A stretch of 64,000 bases of DNA from Octopus sinensis (Eukaryota), in the NCBI RefSeq assembly GCF_006345805.1, contig NC_043004.1, positions 104,470,001-104,534,000 on the forward strand. The letters are read 5' to 3'. Shown here piece after piece: positions 38,441 through 47,930 of the stretch. The notes under the pieces were generated by a model. It did no database searches. It saw only the letters and a program-made list of their open reading frames with translations, and was not told where the DNA came from. Numbering within the stretch: the stretch's first letter is position 1; every line of letters begins with the position of its first letter. The translations under genes were made by a program, and so were the position numbers.

Positions 38441-40963
38441 AACTTCTTTCAGTATACATCTACCAAATCCACTTACAAGGTTTTAGGTGGCCTGAAGTAA
38501 TAGTACAAGGTGCCATCCATTGGGACTGAACCTGGAACCATGTGATTGGGTAGTAAACTTCTTAACCACACATCCACACCTATGCCTCAGTCAAGCTTGT
38601 AAATAAATATATATATAATGGTATAAGGAAATAGAATTGTTTAAATAATAATTTATTTAGGAATGTCATCCATGAGAAAAATAATAGCTAAGTTGGTATC
38701 AATATACATAACATAAGGAATATGTAAAAGACTATTCTGTCATAATTTTTTTGTAAATTAAGCTCAATAAAATTCCATGATATCTTAGAGGACTTAATCT
38801 TTCACATTTACTTCACCTTTCTCAAGATTTCCAAGTTAATTCAAGAGAACAAACCAATATATAACATTGATACTGCAAAGCAAGACTTAAAGTTTAAATG
38901 GTATGTTTCAAAAACTTATTTTTGTCATTTATAGCTGTGGTTCTCAACCATTTTTTGTCTGTGGGTACCATTGATTCATATTCTACTCTACTGGGCCTCC
39001 ATGGTCATTTGTTGTATGTCAAAATAATCCTACTGTATTTTTTTTTCATCATTATCATCGTTTAACATCCGCTTTCCATGCTAGCATGGGTTGGACGATT
39101 TGACTGAGGAATGGCAAACCAGATGGCTGCACAAGGCTCCAATCTGATCTGGCAGAGTTTCTACAGCTGGATGCCGTTCCTAACACCAACCACTCTATGA
39201 GTGTAGTGGGTGCTTTTACATGCCACCAGCACGAGGGCCAGTCAGGTGGTACTGACAACAGCCATGCTCAAATGGCGTTTTTTAATGTGCCACCTGCACA
39301 GGAGCCAGTCTAGTGGCACTGGCAACAACCTCGCTCGAATGTTTTTCACGTGCCACCAGCACAAGTGCCAGTAAGGCGACACTGGTAACGATCACGCTCA
39401 AATGGTGCTTTTTACATGCCACCGGCACAGAAGCCAGTCAGCTGCTCTGGCAGCAATCACACTTGGATGGTGCTCTTAGCACTCCACTAGCACAGATGCC
39501 AGTCATCGAATTTGATTTTGATTTCACCTGCCTCAACAGGTCTTCACAAGCAGAGTTTAGTGTCCAATGAAGGAAAGGTACGCATAAGTGGGCTGGTTAC
39601 ACCCCTGGCATAGACCACGGGGTTTAAGAAATGTATAAAAAAATTAAAATATATTGTGTATTGTAGAAATATAAGCAATTTATTACACATAAATTTTAAC
39701 AACAAAATCTTGTATGGACCCTGGTTGAAGACCTCTGACTTACAATTTGAATAAGGTGGCAAGCTGGCAGAATCATTAGCATGCTGGACAAAGCACTTAG
39801 CTGCATTTCTTCCAGATTTTCAGCTTTATATTCTAAGTTCAAATTCCACCAATGTCGACTTTGCCTTTTATTCTTTCAGGGTCAATAAAACAAGTACCAG
39901 TTGAGCACTGGAGTCAGTGTCATCAACTTACCCCATCCCCTCAAAATTGCTGTCCCTGTGCCAAAGTTAGAAATAATTATTTATTGTCTCAATGGTGATA
40001 AATTGGCAGAATTTTTAGAGAAAATACTGTGTGTTATTTCTTTCAGTCCTTTATGTTCTGAGTTTAAATTCTGGTGAAATTTGTCAATTTTCATAATTTT
40101 TCATTAGAATGTCTCAATTTTCTCCCGACTTAGTCCTTTGAATTAACTAGGACAAGATTTGGTTCTCCATTTAGAGCCAGCTCAACATTTTAAAATCAAT
40201 TATTTACAATTTTATTGATGTGCAAAATTTGTTAATTTTGAGGATTCCAGAGTTGCTGAAATTTTCCAATATTTTACATTTTCTCTCGTTTCTCCAAATT
40301 TTTCCGATTTAAATTATATGGGACTGGCTTTGAATCTCTTCATTTTTTTTTTACTGTTCAGCTTAATCAGTTGTTCTATTAAACTTTAACAAAGTCTTGT
40401 TATGGTATTTATCCAGAGATAACATCTCTTATGGACATGTTGCCTTTAAAGACACAATATACAGAGAAGATGGACAAAAATTGTCCTAGCAGCATCTAAC
40501 AAGAGTGTCAGATGCATTTCAGCATCATTGGGCTTTGTCAGTGGTATGTACTCATGAAAATTGTTGCCTCTGGTGTATAGGTAAGCAGTGAAAAACATTC
40601 ACTGACATTGCAAATAGCTGCCCCACTAAATAAAAATCTGTTATATGCAACAGGAGCATTATTAAATTAAAATAGCTATCTCTATACTCAATATATGTCC
40701 ATAAGAGATGTTACATCTTGACAAATACCACAAACGATTTGCCTTTCAATGATGTATTTACATTAAGTATGATACATTGGTGACTATTTTAATCTAACTC
40801 TGCTTCCATATTCTAATTCTTATGTCTCTTCTGCTTCAGGTGCCAGTTGTTGGTTGAGCGTTTCTTAAAACTTGATCTTTCATCTGAGAACTTACAAGCT
40901 TTCCTTGAAGATATAAAATTATCACACAACAAGATAAACAAGTTATCTGCCCAGAAAGCCTGA
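554..40963 (+). CDS. MSH5: MutS homolog 5 (meiotic crossover MutS-gamma subunit), 5'-partial, 20 coding exons
   Basis: Manually spliced exons 554-639, 3292-3337, 4111-4249, 7815-7877, 10498-10569, 12877-12933, 14319-14391, 20400-20509, 22218-22298, 23836-23881, 24792-24833, 25742-25838, 27703-27792, 29496-29622, 31930-32082, 33400-33474, 34152-34292, 37031-37168, 38827-38900, 40840-40963. All GT-AG and phase-compatible. Peptide follows vertebrate MSH5 colinearly ([14 protein letters not shown]...[64 protein letters not shown]). Confidence 0.96.
985..1360 (-). mobile_element. tRNA/CORE-type SINE family A (internal TA/TG microsatellite)
   Basis: Homologous to copies at 7950-8335 and 36319-36717. 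Confidence 0.85.
2295..2545. mobile_element. hAT (Charlie-like) MITE
   Basis: TIRs CAGTGGTTCTCAAAC ... TTTGGAAACCACTA; degenerate flanking duplication. Confidence 0.7.
3292..3337 (+). CDS. MSH5: MSH5 exon ([15 protein letters not shown])
   Basis: tttttcag / gtaaac; in phase with neighbours. Confidence 0.92.
4111..4249 (+). CDS. MSH5: MSH5 exon ([23 protein letters not shown]...LLHIRSIS)
   Basis: tttcaag / gtaggt; MutS domain III WxxxP motif. Confidence 0.92.
4375..4765 (-). mobile_element. SINE family A copy
   Basis: Same sequence as the other family A copies. Confidence 0.85.
4767..5860 (+). mobile_element. 5'-truncated RTE-clade LINE (RT C-terminus, 3'UTR, (GAT)n tail)
   Basis: ORF 4767-5408 [12 protein letters not shown]...LHGSETWA...ERRLRWYG...[10 protein letters not shown] is typical of the RTE ORF C-terminus; ends in a gatgatgat tail. 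Confidence 0.9.
5945..6192 (-). mobile_element. tRNA-derived SINE with V-domain-like tail
   Basis: Minus-strand head tggaggtgcgtggcttagtggttagg (A box) and gtttcgattcc (B box); tail gcgatggactggcgtcccgtccag. Confidence 0.8.
6324..6693 (+). mobile_element. Non-autonomous Helitron
   Basis: A|TC 5' end (tctttatatataaaag), 3' hairpin cctgagcaacgccagg then CTAG|T; no TSD; second copy at 34349-34740. Confidence 0.9.
7815..7877 (+). CDS. MSH5: MSH5 exon ([21 protein letters not shown])
   Basis: aacag / gtaaaa; matches ILKRMK...DWQxLYK. Confidence 0.92.
7950..8335 (+). mobile_element. SINE family A, full length
   Basis: Head ggcacaggagtggctgtgtggt with ggttcagtcc B box; CORE-like cttgggcaagtgtctt. 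Confidence 0.88.
8858..9210 (-). mobile_element. CR1/L2-group LINE 3' fragment
   Basis: [10 protein letters not shown]...[16 protein letters not shown]...SNSLL C-terminal motif; short (ATGAA)n-like tail. Confidence 0.75.
9340..9522 (+). mobile_element. SINE family B (ggcggcgagctggcagaa-type head, gactttgcctttcatcc core)
   Basis: Homologous to many copies in the window. Confidence 0.8.
10498..10569 (+). CDS. MSH5: MSH5 exon ([24 protein letters not shown])
   Basis: ttgacag / gtaagc. Confidence 0.9.
11390..11632 (+). mobile_element. RTE LINE 3'UTR fragment with (GAT)n tail
   Basis: Matches 5660-5860. Confidence 0.85.
11633..12030. repeat. A/T-tract minisatellite (~12/24-bp unit gaaaattttacccaaaaattttta)
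   Basis: Direct inspection; AAAATTTT recurs about every 12 bp. Confidence 0.92.
12877..12933 (+). CDS. MSH5: MSH5 exon ([19 protein letters not shown])
   Basis: tttcag / gtaagt; matches FSDDLxxIASLIxK. Confidence 0.9.
13370..13658. repeat. Complex (TG)n/(TGAG)n microsatellite
   Basis: Direct inspection. Confidence 0.95.
14319..14391 (+). CDS. MSH5: MSH5 exon ([24 protein letters not shown])
   Basis: poly-T tract + tag / gtaagg. Confidence 0.93.
14552..14728. repeat. (ATT)n/(ATC)n microsatellite
   Basis: Direct inspection. Confidence 0.95.
14808..15356 (-). mobile_element. ~550-bp probable non-autonomous retroelement embedded in trinucleotide microsatellites
   Basis: Sharp boundaries against (GTT)n and (ATC)n tracts, no ORF, no tRNA head; resembles a repeat I recall from octopus DNA. 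Confidence 0.55.
15445..16140 (+). mobile_element. Three tandem SINE family B copies separated by (ATT)n
   Basis: Repeated ctgagttcaaattccacc(g/a)agg core near 15515, 15790 and 16016. Confidence 0.85.
16200..16683 (-). mobile_element. SINE with tggaggcgcaatggcccagtgg head, body type 1
   Basis: Near-identical to 23930-24407. Confidence 0.85.
17050..17280 (-). mobile_element. SINE family B
   Basis: Reverse complement of 63099-63330. Confidence 0.85.
18700..19252 (+). mobile_element. RTE LINE long 3'UTR with internal tandem repeats
   Basis: Repeated gtgcc..ggcac/gtaaaa..cacc units; (GAT)n tail. Confidence 0.85.
20400..20509 (+). CDS. MSH5: MSH5 exon ([19 protein letters not shown]...CNVVYLPQ)
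   Basis: cttcag / gttggt; GLPSFxTEVA motif. Confidence 0.93.
20790..21100 (+). mobile_element. SINE: tggaggcgcaatgg head + V-domain-like tail
   Basis: Head as at 59654; tail as at 5945-6045. Confidence 0.82.
21190..21460 (+). mobile_element. REL-endonuclease LINE (R4-like) 3' fragment
   Basis: RNLQLLYPG...IIIGTQGYV...MLGF; related to 55155-55396. Confidence 0.55.
21612..21996. mobile_element. piggyBac-like (TTAA) MITE interrupted by an RTE 3' fragment (21770-21946, minus)
   Basis: Ends aatcctttagcatt ... aatgtggaaaggttaa. Confidence 0.55.
22218..22298 (+). CDS. MSH5: MSH5 exon ([27 protein letters not shown])
   Basis: gtgcag / gtaagt. Confidence 0.92.
22318..22760 (-). mobile_element. Two tandem SINE family B copies
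   Basis: gaaaggat.aaaagcaaagtc.acct core present twice. Confidence 0.82.
22895..23238 (-). mobile_element. SINE family A
   Basis: Homology to other copies. Confidence 0.82.
23836..23881 (+). CDS. MSH5: MSH5 exon ([15 protein letters not shown])
   Basis: ttacag / gtgagt. Confidence 0.9.
23930..24407 (-). mobile_element. SINE, body type 1 (copy of 16200-16683)
   Basis: Direct comparison. Confidence 0.85.
24792..24833 (+). CDS. MSH5: MSH5 exon ([13 protein letters not shown])
   Basis: ttttcag / gtaagg; LDxxLGDxxCEI motif. Confidence 0.9.
25742..25838 (+). CDS. MSH5: MSH5 exon ([31 protein letters not shown])
   Basis: ttacag / gtgagt. Confidence 0.92.
27040..27450 (-). mobile_element. CR1/L2-group LINE 3' fragment
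   Basis: LFNIMP...[12 protein letters not shown]...NTSLLKW, related to the 8891-9142 ORF. Confidence 0.65.
27703..27792 (+). CDS. MSH5: MSH5 exon ([29 protein letters not shown])
   Basis: aacag / gtatgt; GYxxP ... IxxGR motif. Confidence 0.92.
27860..28120 (-). mobile_element. RTE LINE 3'UTR fragment
   Basis: Reverse complement of 19030-19250. Confidence 0.85.
28155..28570. mobile_element. Penelope-like terminal-repeat fold-back around (ATT)n
   Basis: ~95-bp inverted arms ~28225-28318 and ~28475-28568, each with a CTGATGA-type hammerhead core. Confidence 0.7.
28223..28269 (-). ncRNA. Minimal type I hammerhead ribozyme motif (PLE type)
   Basis: Minus strand GACAC-CUGAUGA-A-GGCUG(GAGGGGUAUAU)CAGCC-GAAA-UG-UU-GUGUU: stem I GACAC/GUGUU, stem II GGCUG/CAGCC, conserved core. 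Confidence 0.65.
29496..29622 (+). CDS. MSH5: MSH5 exon, ATPase Walker A (HPLQE...[16 protein letters not shown])
   Basis: accag / gtgaga; P-loop GPNASGKS. Confidence 0.95.
31392..31838 (+). mobile_element. RTE LINE 3'UTR with tandem repeats
   Basis: As 18700-19252. Confidence 0.85.
31930..32082 (+). CDS. MSH5: MSH5 exon ([17 protein letters not shown]...DRIFTRI...[10 protein letters not shown])
   Basis: tatag / gtgagt; MutS ATPase GSFxPA, IFTR and STFM motifs. Confidence 0.95.
33400..33474 (+). CDS. MSH5: MSH5 exon, Walker B ([25 protein letters not shown])
   Basis: caaag / gtaagt; DEFGKGT. Confidence 0.94.
33935..34122 (+). mobile_element. SINE family B
   Basis: Core gactttgcctttcatcc. 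Confidence 0.8.
34152..34292 (+). CDS. MSH5: MSH5 exon ([15 protein letters not shown]...[11 protein letters not shown]...LEYL)
   Basis: aacag / gtaagg. Confidence 0.94.
34349..34740 (-). mobile_element. Non-autonomous Helitron (same family as 6324-6693)
   Basis: a|ctagcagtatcgcccggcgttgc ... tatatataaaga|t. Confidence 0.9.
35318..35640 (-). mobile_element. tRNA/CORE SINE family C
   Basis: Head gtgaaggcgcatggctcagtgg; copies at 43570-43905 and 46368-46712. Confidence 0.85.
36319..36717 (+). mobile_element. SINE family A, full length
   Basis: As 7950-8335. Confidence 0.88.
37031..37168 (+). CDS. MSH5: MSH5 exon ([20 protein letters not shown]...[13 protein letters not shown])
   Basis: ttaacag / gtaagt; MutS C-terminal helix-turn-helix motif. 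Confidence 0.94.
37360..38350. mobile_element. Cluster of RTE 3'UTR fragments in alternating orientation (-, +, -)
   Basis: 37360-37520 (-), 37710-37922 (+), 38052-38350 (-). Confidence 0.8.
38827..38900 (+). CDS. MSH5: MSH5 exon ([24 protein letters not shown])
   Basis: ctcaag / gtatgt; phase fits. Confidence 0.87.
38935..39737. mobile_element. hAT MITE interrupted by RTE 3'UTR (39047-39622, minus)
   Basis: TIRs ctgtggttctcaacc / ggttgaagacctctg; degenerate 8-bp flanks atttatag / acttacaa. Confidence 0.65.
40840..40963 (+). CDS. MSH5: MSH5 terminal coding exon ([13 protein letters not shown]...KLSAQKA*)
   Basis: cttcag acceptor; resembles CQTLVDKFMKLDL; TGA at 40961-40963. Confidence 0.9.
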
Positions 40964-41724
40964 GGCATCATTGCCATTTATTGTGTTTATCTTGTTTTTT
41001 GGTACCAGTCGTTGTCTTAACTCCATATTGGCCCTTATTGAGCAGTGACCATGCTGCCTCTTTTTCATGAATAGTGTATTTCAGACTTCATAAATCTTGT
41101 CTCATTTTTTTAAGACTGGAAAAGGAAGTTTGAACAGGGTTTCACTGCTATTTCTAGCGAGTTGCGTGATCACTGAGAAATTTCCTGTTGCTTTTGTTGT
41201 TGCTGTTAATTCATCTTCTTGATTTAGTTGTTGTTCTTCAGGATCCTTTGTGATCAGCTAGAAATAGCAGTCAAACCCTTCTTATCACACCTTACCATCA
41301 TAAAAAAAAACATGTAAGATAATGTGGGAAAAAAAGGTGGGATGGTCATTGTTGGAATACCTTTCAGTGTAAGTCTACTCAATCAAGATAACAAAAGTGC
41401 TAAACAGCAACAATATCATCATTATCTAAAGAGAAACTTGACTGTTATTTCTAATAGGTTGGGTGACTGTTTAGAATCTCTTTGATTGGTTCAATTTTGA
41501 TGGCAGCTGAATTGTTTTTGTTTCAGATGTTTGTATTTATCAACAAGAAGAGGTGTGTGGTATCTGGGTGGTTTATGAGTGGTTTATGGGCTGTAAATAT
41601 TGTAGCACATGACAGGAGACATGATGTAGAATTTATCTTGGCACTTAGGTCTGGTGGGAATCCTTTAATTCTCTTAAGTATGTGTGCGAGATTTAATGTG
41701 TTACCCTGTTTAAATGCTTTCAAT

Positions 41725-41730
41725 AATAAA
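41725..41730 (+). terminator. Candidate MSH5 polyadenylation signal AATAAA
   Basis: First clear AATAAA I noticed after the stop (~760 nt downstream); AT-rich background makes this weak. Confidence 0.35.
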
Positions 41731-41876
41731 TATACATAGCATTTTAATGGCTATGAGGAAGCTATTAGATGTTGCACGAGTACTTAGCATTGAATACCCT
41801 GCTTCTCATAGCAGAAACAGCTGTAAGCTAATGAAGTTGATTATGTAATACCTGTTCCTTTGCATTCGATAATTAA

Positions 41877-41968
<92 letters not shown>

Positions 41969-42276
41969 CAATTAATAAGAGTAATGACCACTGAAGTGGA
42001 TTCCTATATGCTAGAGATAGACATCAAATCACCTTACCACAAAGAGTGTGTTCTCAAGAAAGAAACCCAGCAAACGCCACCCTTTACATGTTGCCTGTAT
42101 TCATGCTACGTAGGTAATCGTTTTATTTTGTAAATTTTCATTTGCCTTGCTTATTTTTTACATTTTGGCATTTGCTGGGTCTTTTTCTTGAGAACATACT
42201 CTTTGTGGTAAGGCAATTTGATGTCTATCTTTAGCATACAGGAATCCACTTTAGTGGCCATTCCTCTTATTAATTG
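41969..42276. repeat. Long inverted repeat (~110-bp arms, ~86-bp spacer) adjacent to (TA)n
   Basis: 41969-42079 vs reverse complement of 42166-42276. Confidence 0.9.
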
Positions 42277-42503
42277 TAATATAATTTTTAAATCTTTGGA
42301 TTTTTTTTTAATATGCTAGACCCCTGGTTTAAATTGATGTTAATTGATTGATATCAATTTCTACCCTCATTATTTTAATTTATATATATATATATACGAA
42401 TTGGATTCAAAGAATTGCATGGAGCCCACCATAAACATTCCAGACAAGAATCTGGTTATCAGGTCACATAGTTAATTAAATTCCAGTGCTGTTCAGCTTG
42501 ACC

Positions 42504-42638
42504 ATACACACACACACACACCACACACACACCACACACACACACACACACGCACGCACACACACACACACACACACGCGCGCACGCACACACACACACA
42601 CACACACACACGTGCACGCACACACACACACACACACA
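42504..42638. repeat. (CA)n with CG interruptions
   Basis: Direct inspection. Confidence 0.95.
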
Positions 42639-43569
42639 TTACAAAGTTCACTTACGACTTGTATGCTGCCTCATCTAAATGCAAATATCTTGCAAGTTTT
42701 AAGTAGACTGAAATATAAAATAACAAACTTAGTCCTCAGATGTATTGAATTCTCTCTCTCTCTCCCTCTCATTTATTCTCTATTTCTCTCTCTCTTTCCT
42801 TTTCTTTTACTTACTGACATATTAGGTGTATGGCTAAGGATACCTTACTATATATATAAAGGTGTATATATAAATGTGTATATATATATATATATATCAG
42901 TTATAACACATGCAAATGCTCGCACACATAATAAGCAGAATATCCACTTAGGTGTAAGTGCCATGAAGAATTTGCTGCATGGAATGTGGGAATGTTCTGT
43001 TGTAGACATCCACCCTTTACATGTAGCCTGTATTCAAAAGAACCAGTCACCTGATTCAGTGGCAAGACAGAACAAAATGGTCAGCTGAATTTGTTCAGGG
43101 CTGAACATTCACCGAGTGATCTGATGCTTATTCCCAAACATCTAAGCAAACTGACATGATGTTTTTTGTAAAGTCCTCTGACCAGACTCAAAAGGAAATG
43201 CCAGGAGCAGTTTTGAACTTGAAATCTGACGAGCAGTTAGATCAAAGCTGTCTTATCCATTCAGCCATCTCAGCTCATCATATCTCCTCCTTTCTTCATG
43301 CTTTGATTATTAATTAGCTTTTACTGTTTCTTTACTAAAGAAAGTATAATAGCTAGGAGGATAAGATGAGGCATGTAACTCATGAGTTGTCAGCTTATAG
43401 CCTACTGCAGGTATTGTCTTCTTGAGCAAGCCATTTCACCCTTCTTTGTTTGGTAATGAAGTTGTTAATGTTACTGTTTGAAAGTTGTTACAATAAAACT
43501 TTTTCATTTGTGAAGTGTTTATATTTCCATATATTGATTAATTCTCCTTCTTCTAGGCAACGGCATACA

Positions 43570-43905
43570 GGGTAAAGTCTTCCTTCAGTCATGAATGACC
43601 ATGGGATTGCACCTAGAAAGTTCCCCTCTGAGACACAAGTCTGGGCAAGGTGGTTTTATGGAAGACCAGCAGTTGCCCATGCATACCAGCCTCCCCTCTC
43701 CGTGCCACTGGTGTTATCCAAGGGAGAGGCAAAGGGGTCAATACAGCTTGGCACCAGTGACATCACAAATCACTTCTACGGCTGAGTGAACTGGAGCAAC
43801 ATTAAATAAAGTGTCTTGCTCAAGAACACAACACACAGCCTAGTCTGGGAATTGAACTCACTATCTCATGATTGTGAGTCCAACGTTCTAACCACTGAGC
43901 CATGA
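43570..43905 (-). mobile_element. SINE family C
   Basis: Homology to 35318-35640. Confidence 0.83.
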
Positions 43906-45257
43906 CACATAAAAGACAGTACATAAGAGAGACACTGAGTTTTAGATTTATAGGGAAAAAATTATAAAAACAAGCCAGTACATAACAAATCTATATGTTA
44001 TATAACTGGTTGTTAATATAGGGAGAGAGTATAACTGACTTGTAACACTGTGGTGTGTTAACATCTTTGTGTGCATTGTGTATTATGTAACATACATTGA
44101 TGTAACAGTAATGTTATGTAACTGGCATGAAATACTGTCACTAGCCTTGAACATCTTTAACACTGAAGTGAATATCTGATTTGTAACATACAGTGTTTTG
44201 TGATTAATTTGTAATGCCATAACACAGTGGTAAGCTGTGTAAGACTGTAGGCATTCTGCCCTTTAGATTACTCAGGTCATTATATCTGTGAACATGCTGG
44301 AGCAATGTGTAACAAGCTTGTAACTCTGTGGTGTGTTTTGTACTTAATGTTCAATACATGTTGCTTTGTCAATCATTGCTGCTTTTAAATAAAGTCTATT
44401 TATCACTTACAGAAGAGGAAGCTGGCTATTATTTTAGTTGGTTGCTTGTTTATATTGAAGCTATCTGTGGCTTATCTTAAAAGCCAATTATATACAACTG
44501 AACCTGGCTTATTTAATAAGCATTTATTTATATATCAAGTCAAAATCTACAAACTCTGATATGGAGAAAAGGTGTAGGTTGGAATTTTATACTCTGCACT
44601 GGAACTAAACCACGTGTGCACAGAAGGTGCAGTGGAATTATAGGCAGGACTGATACAAGGAAGAACAAGGATACACAGAAATAGTTGGAAATAAAAGCAT
44701 CAGGGAAATAATTTCTTTTTTCCATTGCTCAGAATGCTCCTTAGTGGGGGTTCCTAGCTTCTGTTATGGAGCTGCCCTATCAACTGTGCAAGTGGATGCT
44801 CTGAACTGAAAACATAAAAGCCAGATTAAGAACAGAGTGGAGAAAGTTCAGGGTGTTATTCCTTCTGCTGGCAACAAAAGGATTCTCTCTTTCAGTGAAG
44901 AATGGATTCTACATTTGTGTACAAAATGTGTGATGTGAAGACATAAGCACTGAATGCAGAAAATGTTCAAAATCTGGAAAGAATTTTTCACTGGATTTCT
45001 AACGTTGGTGTGCATGATCAATGAGGCAAAGCTGGATGAAAAATAATCAGATGTCATGTGCAAGAGAAAAGACTGTTCTGGTATGGACTTGTAATCATCA
45101 TCATCATCATCATCATCGCCGTTTAATGTCCACTTTTCCTTTCTAGCCTGAATCTGAGGAGAATTTGTTGAGGGTAGATTTTCTACAGTTGGATCTCTTT
45201 CCTGTTGTCAACCCTCACCTGTTACCAAGCTAAGTTATGTTCGTCCATAGCGGGATA

Positions 45258-45666
45258 CTCTCTCTTTTACTCTTTTACATGTTTCAGTCATTTGACTGTG
45301 GCCATGCTGGAGCACCGCCTTTAGTCGAGCAAATCGACCCCGGGACTTATTCTTTGTAAGCCCAGTACTTATTCTATCGGTCTCTTTTGCCGAACCGCTA
45401 AGTGACGAGGACGTAAACACACCAGCATCGGTTGTCAAGCAATGCTAGGGGGACAAACACAGACACACAAACACATACACACACATACATATACATATAT
45501 ACGACGGGCTTCTTTCAGTTTCCGTCTACCAAATCCACTCACAAGGCATTGGTCGGCCCGGGGCTATAGCAGAAGACACTTGCCCAAGATGCCACGCAGT
45601 GGGACTGAACCCGGAACCATGTGGTTGGTTAGCAAGCTACTTACCACACAGCCACTCCTGCACCTA
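45258..45666 (-). mobile_element. SINE family A, full length, CpG-rich (probably young)
   Basis: Reverse complement of 36319-36717. Confidence 0.88.
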
Positions 45667-46050
45667 TATATTTTTTTTTTTCATAGAAGACTGTAAATAT
45701 CATGTGATGTTAAGACAACCGATGTTCGTTTGTTTACATCCATGTAACTTAGCGTTTCAGCAAAAGAAAGTAATATAATACATATACCAGACTGAAGTTG
45801 ATTTGTTCACCTAAACCCTTCAAGGCGGTGCCCCAGCATGACTGCAAGTAAAAAATTATCAACTAAATCCCAAAATCCAACCGCGGTCTCTCCAACCATA
45901 ATCTCTGATTTTTAATCTTTAACCCTGCTCTAATCTTAAACCGTTAACTCTAACTCTAAATGTAAATAATTGTAATGCCAAACGTTGACCTTTAACGAAA
46001 CACTAAACTTAATCCTTAAAATTTAACTCCAGATTCTAATCCCCAAAAGG

Positions 46051-46081
<31 letters not shown>

Positions 46082-46367
46082 TATGAAGGTAACAAATGAA
46101 GAAAGCAGTAAGTTATATAGCTGTAAGAAAGTCTAATAGATACGCAGCATCCGAAATTTTTGTGAGATGTATGTAAAAAATTACATCGACCCCCTGTATG
46201 AAATCCGTGCTTCTTTTTCTGATCCCAAGAAAATAAGAAAAAATAAAAGTAACTTTGGTAGGATTTGAACTCCATGACAAAAGAACGTAATTAAATATCT
46301 CACAGACACGATTCAACCTCTGACCTACAAATGTACTGGTTCCACTCTTCGCTTTTTCTTGAGACAC

Positions 46368-46712
46368 CCCCCCCCCCCTTCGGTCATGACTGACCGTGGG
46401 ATTGCACCTAGAAAGTTACCCCACCCAGTCAGGCACAAGTCCGGGCAAGGTTGTTTATGGAAGACCAGCAGTCGCCCATGCATACCGGCCTCCCCCTCTC
46501 CATGCCACCAGTGTTATCCAAGGGAAAGGCAAAGGGGTCGATACAGCTTGGCACCTGTGATGTCGCAACTCAGTTCTACAGCTGAGTGAACTGGAGCAAC
46601 GTGAAATAAAGTGTCTTGCTCAAAAACACAACACGCAGCCTGATCCGGGATTCGAACTCACAACCTCACGATCGTAAGCTCGACGCTCTAACCACTGAAC
46701 CATGCATCTTCA
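46368..46712 (-). mobile_element. SINE family C
   Basis: Homology to 35318-35640. Confidence 0.85.
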
Positions 46713-46850
46713 CTTTTTCGCTTTTTCGACTGCTACTATAATAGCATCCACTCAGTCCCCACCCCGATTCACTCGTCACCCGGATTGTTTCTCCTCATAT
46801 CCCACACTAACAACAAAGTTCACTCCTTCATTCTCAGAACGCCATCGCTT

Positions 46851-47013
46851 CAGAGCTGTCTTAAAACATGGGTACGCTGGGCAGTTGCCCAGGGGCCCCA
46901 CGGGTCTAAAGGTCCAAATGTGACCTATGTATTTTGTGGCTTGCTGTCAATAAATAAATACTATAGGGCTCAGTGCACTGATTTGCCCCCACAGTGCTGC
47001 TAAGGCGGTTCTG
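46851..47013. mobile_element. hAT MITE
   Basis: TIRs cagagctgtctta / taaggcggttctg; 8-bp TSD catcgctt / catccctt (7/8 match). Confidence 0.8.
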
Positions 47014-47689
47014 CATCCCTTTGGAACTCACCTCCCTTGTTCATGTCTTTCCTGCAGATCTCGACTTGGAACATTTCAAGCAGAACTTTAGTTAAATATG
47101 GACGTTCTTCTTAAAATCTCAGTGGTCTGAGAAGGCCCTGGTCACTGTCCCTGCCTACAGTCCCAGTAAGTAAAATATTAAAAAAAGGAAAAAGAAATAT
47201 CACGTGACTTTTTAATCCAACATTCAACCGTTTTTTTGACATCCCATTGCCCGGTTTAATACCACCATCTGAATACTTTAGAAGGGTCCACTTTGTTATA
47301 GATATTTTGTCAGTGTCCCTATTTCAAGGTTAACTCGATAAACTGATGTGATGCCTACTACTATAACGATACCTGAATTCCGGTTTCTTCTCTTTATTCC
47401 CACACCAACGAAATATAAAGCATCTCAGAGACCCTGCAAAATGTCGTGGGTACACTTTTTTTTTTTTTTTACCTTTGATTAGAAATATAACGAAATCCTT
47501 TTACCTATTTTCAAACTCAACCTTCTCTTCTCTCTTCATCGATTTGCTGGAGACAAAAGAAATGAAATACCCCAACCACAACCACCATCACCCCCGTTGC
47601 TATTTCATGATATCTAGAGAGTTGGCATCAGCTGACATAGCTACCTTCGTTCAGGTAAAGTTTAATTAAATTAAACAACATATCTCAAT

Positions 47690-47930
47690 TTTATTGGTTG
47701 GAAACTATCCTATGGTTGAAAGTTCTGTGATGCCATCTCACTGGTTGGTCAGCGCAAAACATCAGGTTAGCGATTGGCCGATCGCAGCAAGCCAGCCACT
47801 GGCTGATATCTCTCTTACCGGCATTTACTTCCTTCACCGCATTCCTGACATTATTGGAATTTTGCTACAGAAGCTGTCGTGGAGATCGCTATGGAAACCC
47901 AACGTCACATTCCTGGGAAACCAATCAAAT
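47690..47930. promoter_or_regulatory. Putative promoter with clustered CCAAT boxes
   Basis: ATTGG/CCAAT at ~47693, 47773, 47854 and 47921 in non-repetitive, CpG-retaining sequence. Confidence 0.35.

Noticed and set aside
554-40963. U12-type or non-canonical introns in MSH5
   Set aside because: All 19 donors read as ordinary GT U2-type sites.
45900-46045. Telomere-like TAACCC repeats
   Set aside because: Highly degenerate; probably part of an interspersed repeat rather than an interstitial telomere.
47270-47380. Possible U2 snRNA or C/D snoRNA
   Set aside because: Only a few matching nucleotides; no U2 5' end or branch-pairing region and no proper C/D geometry.
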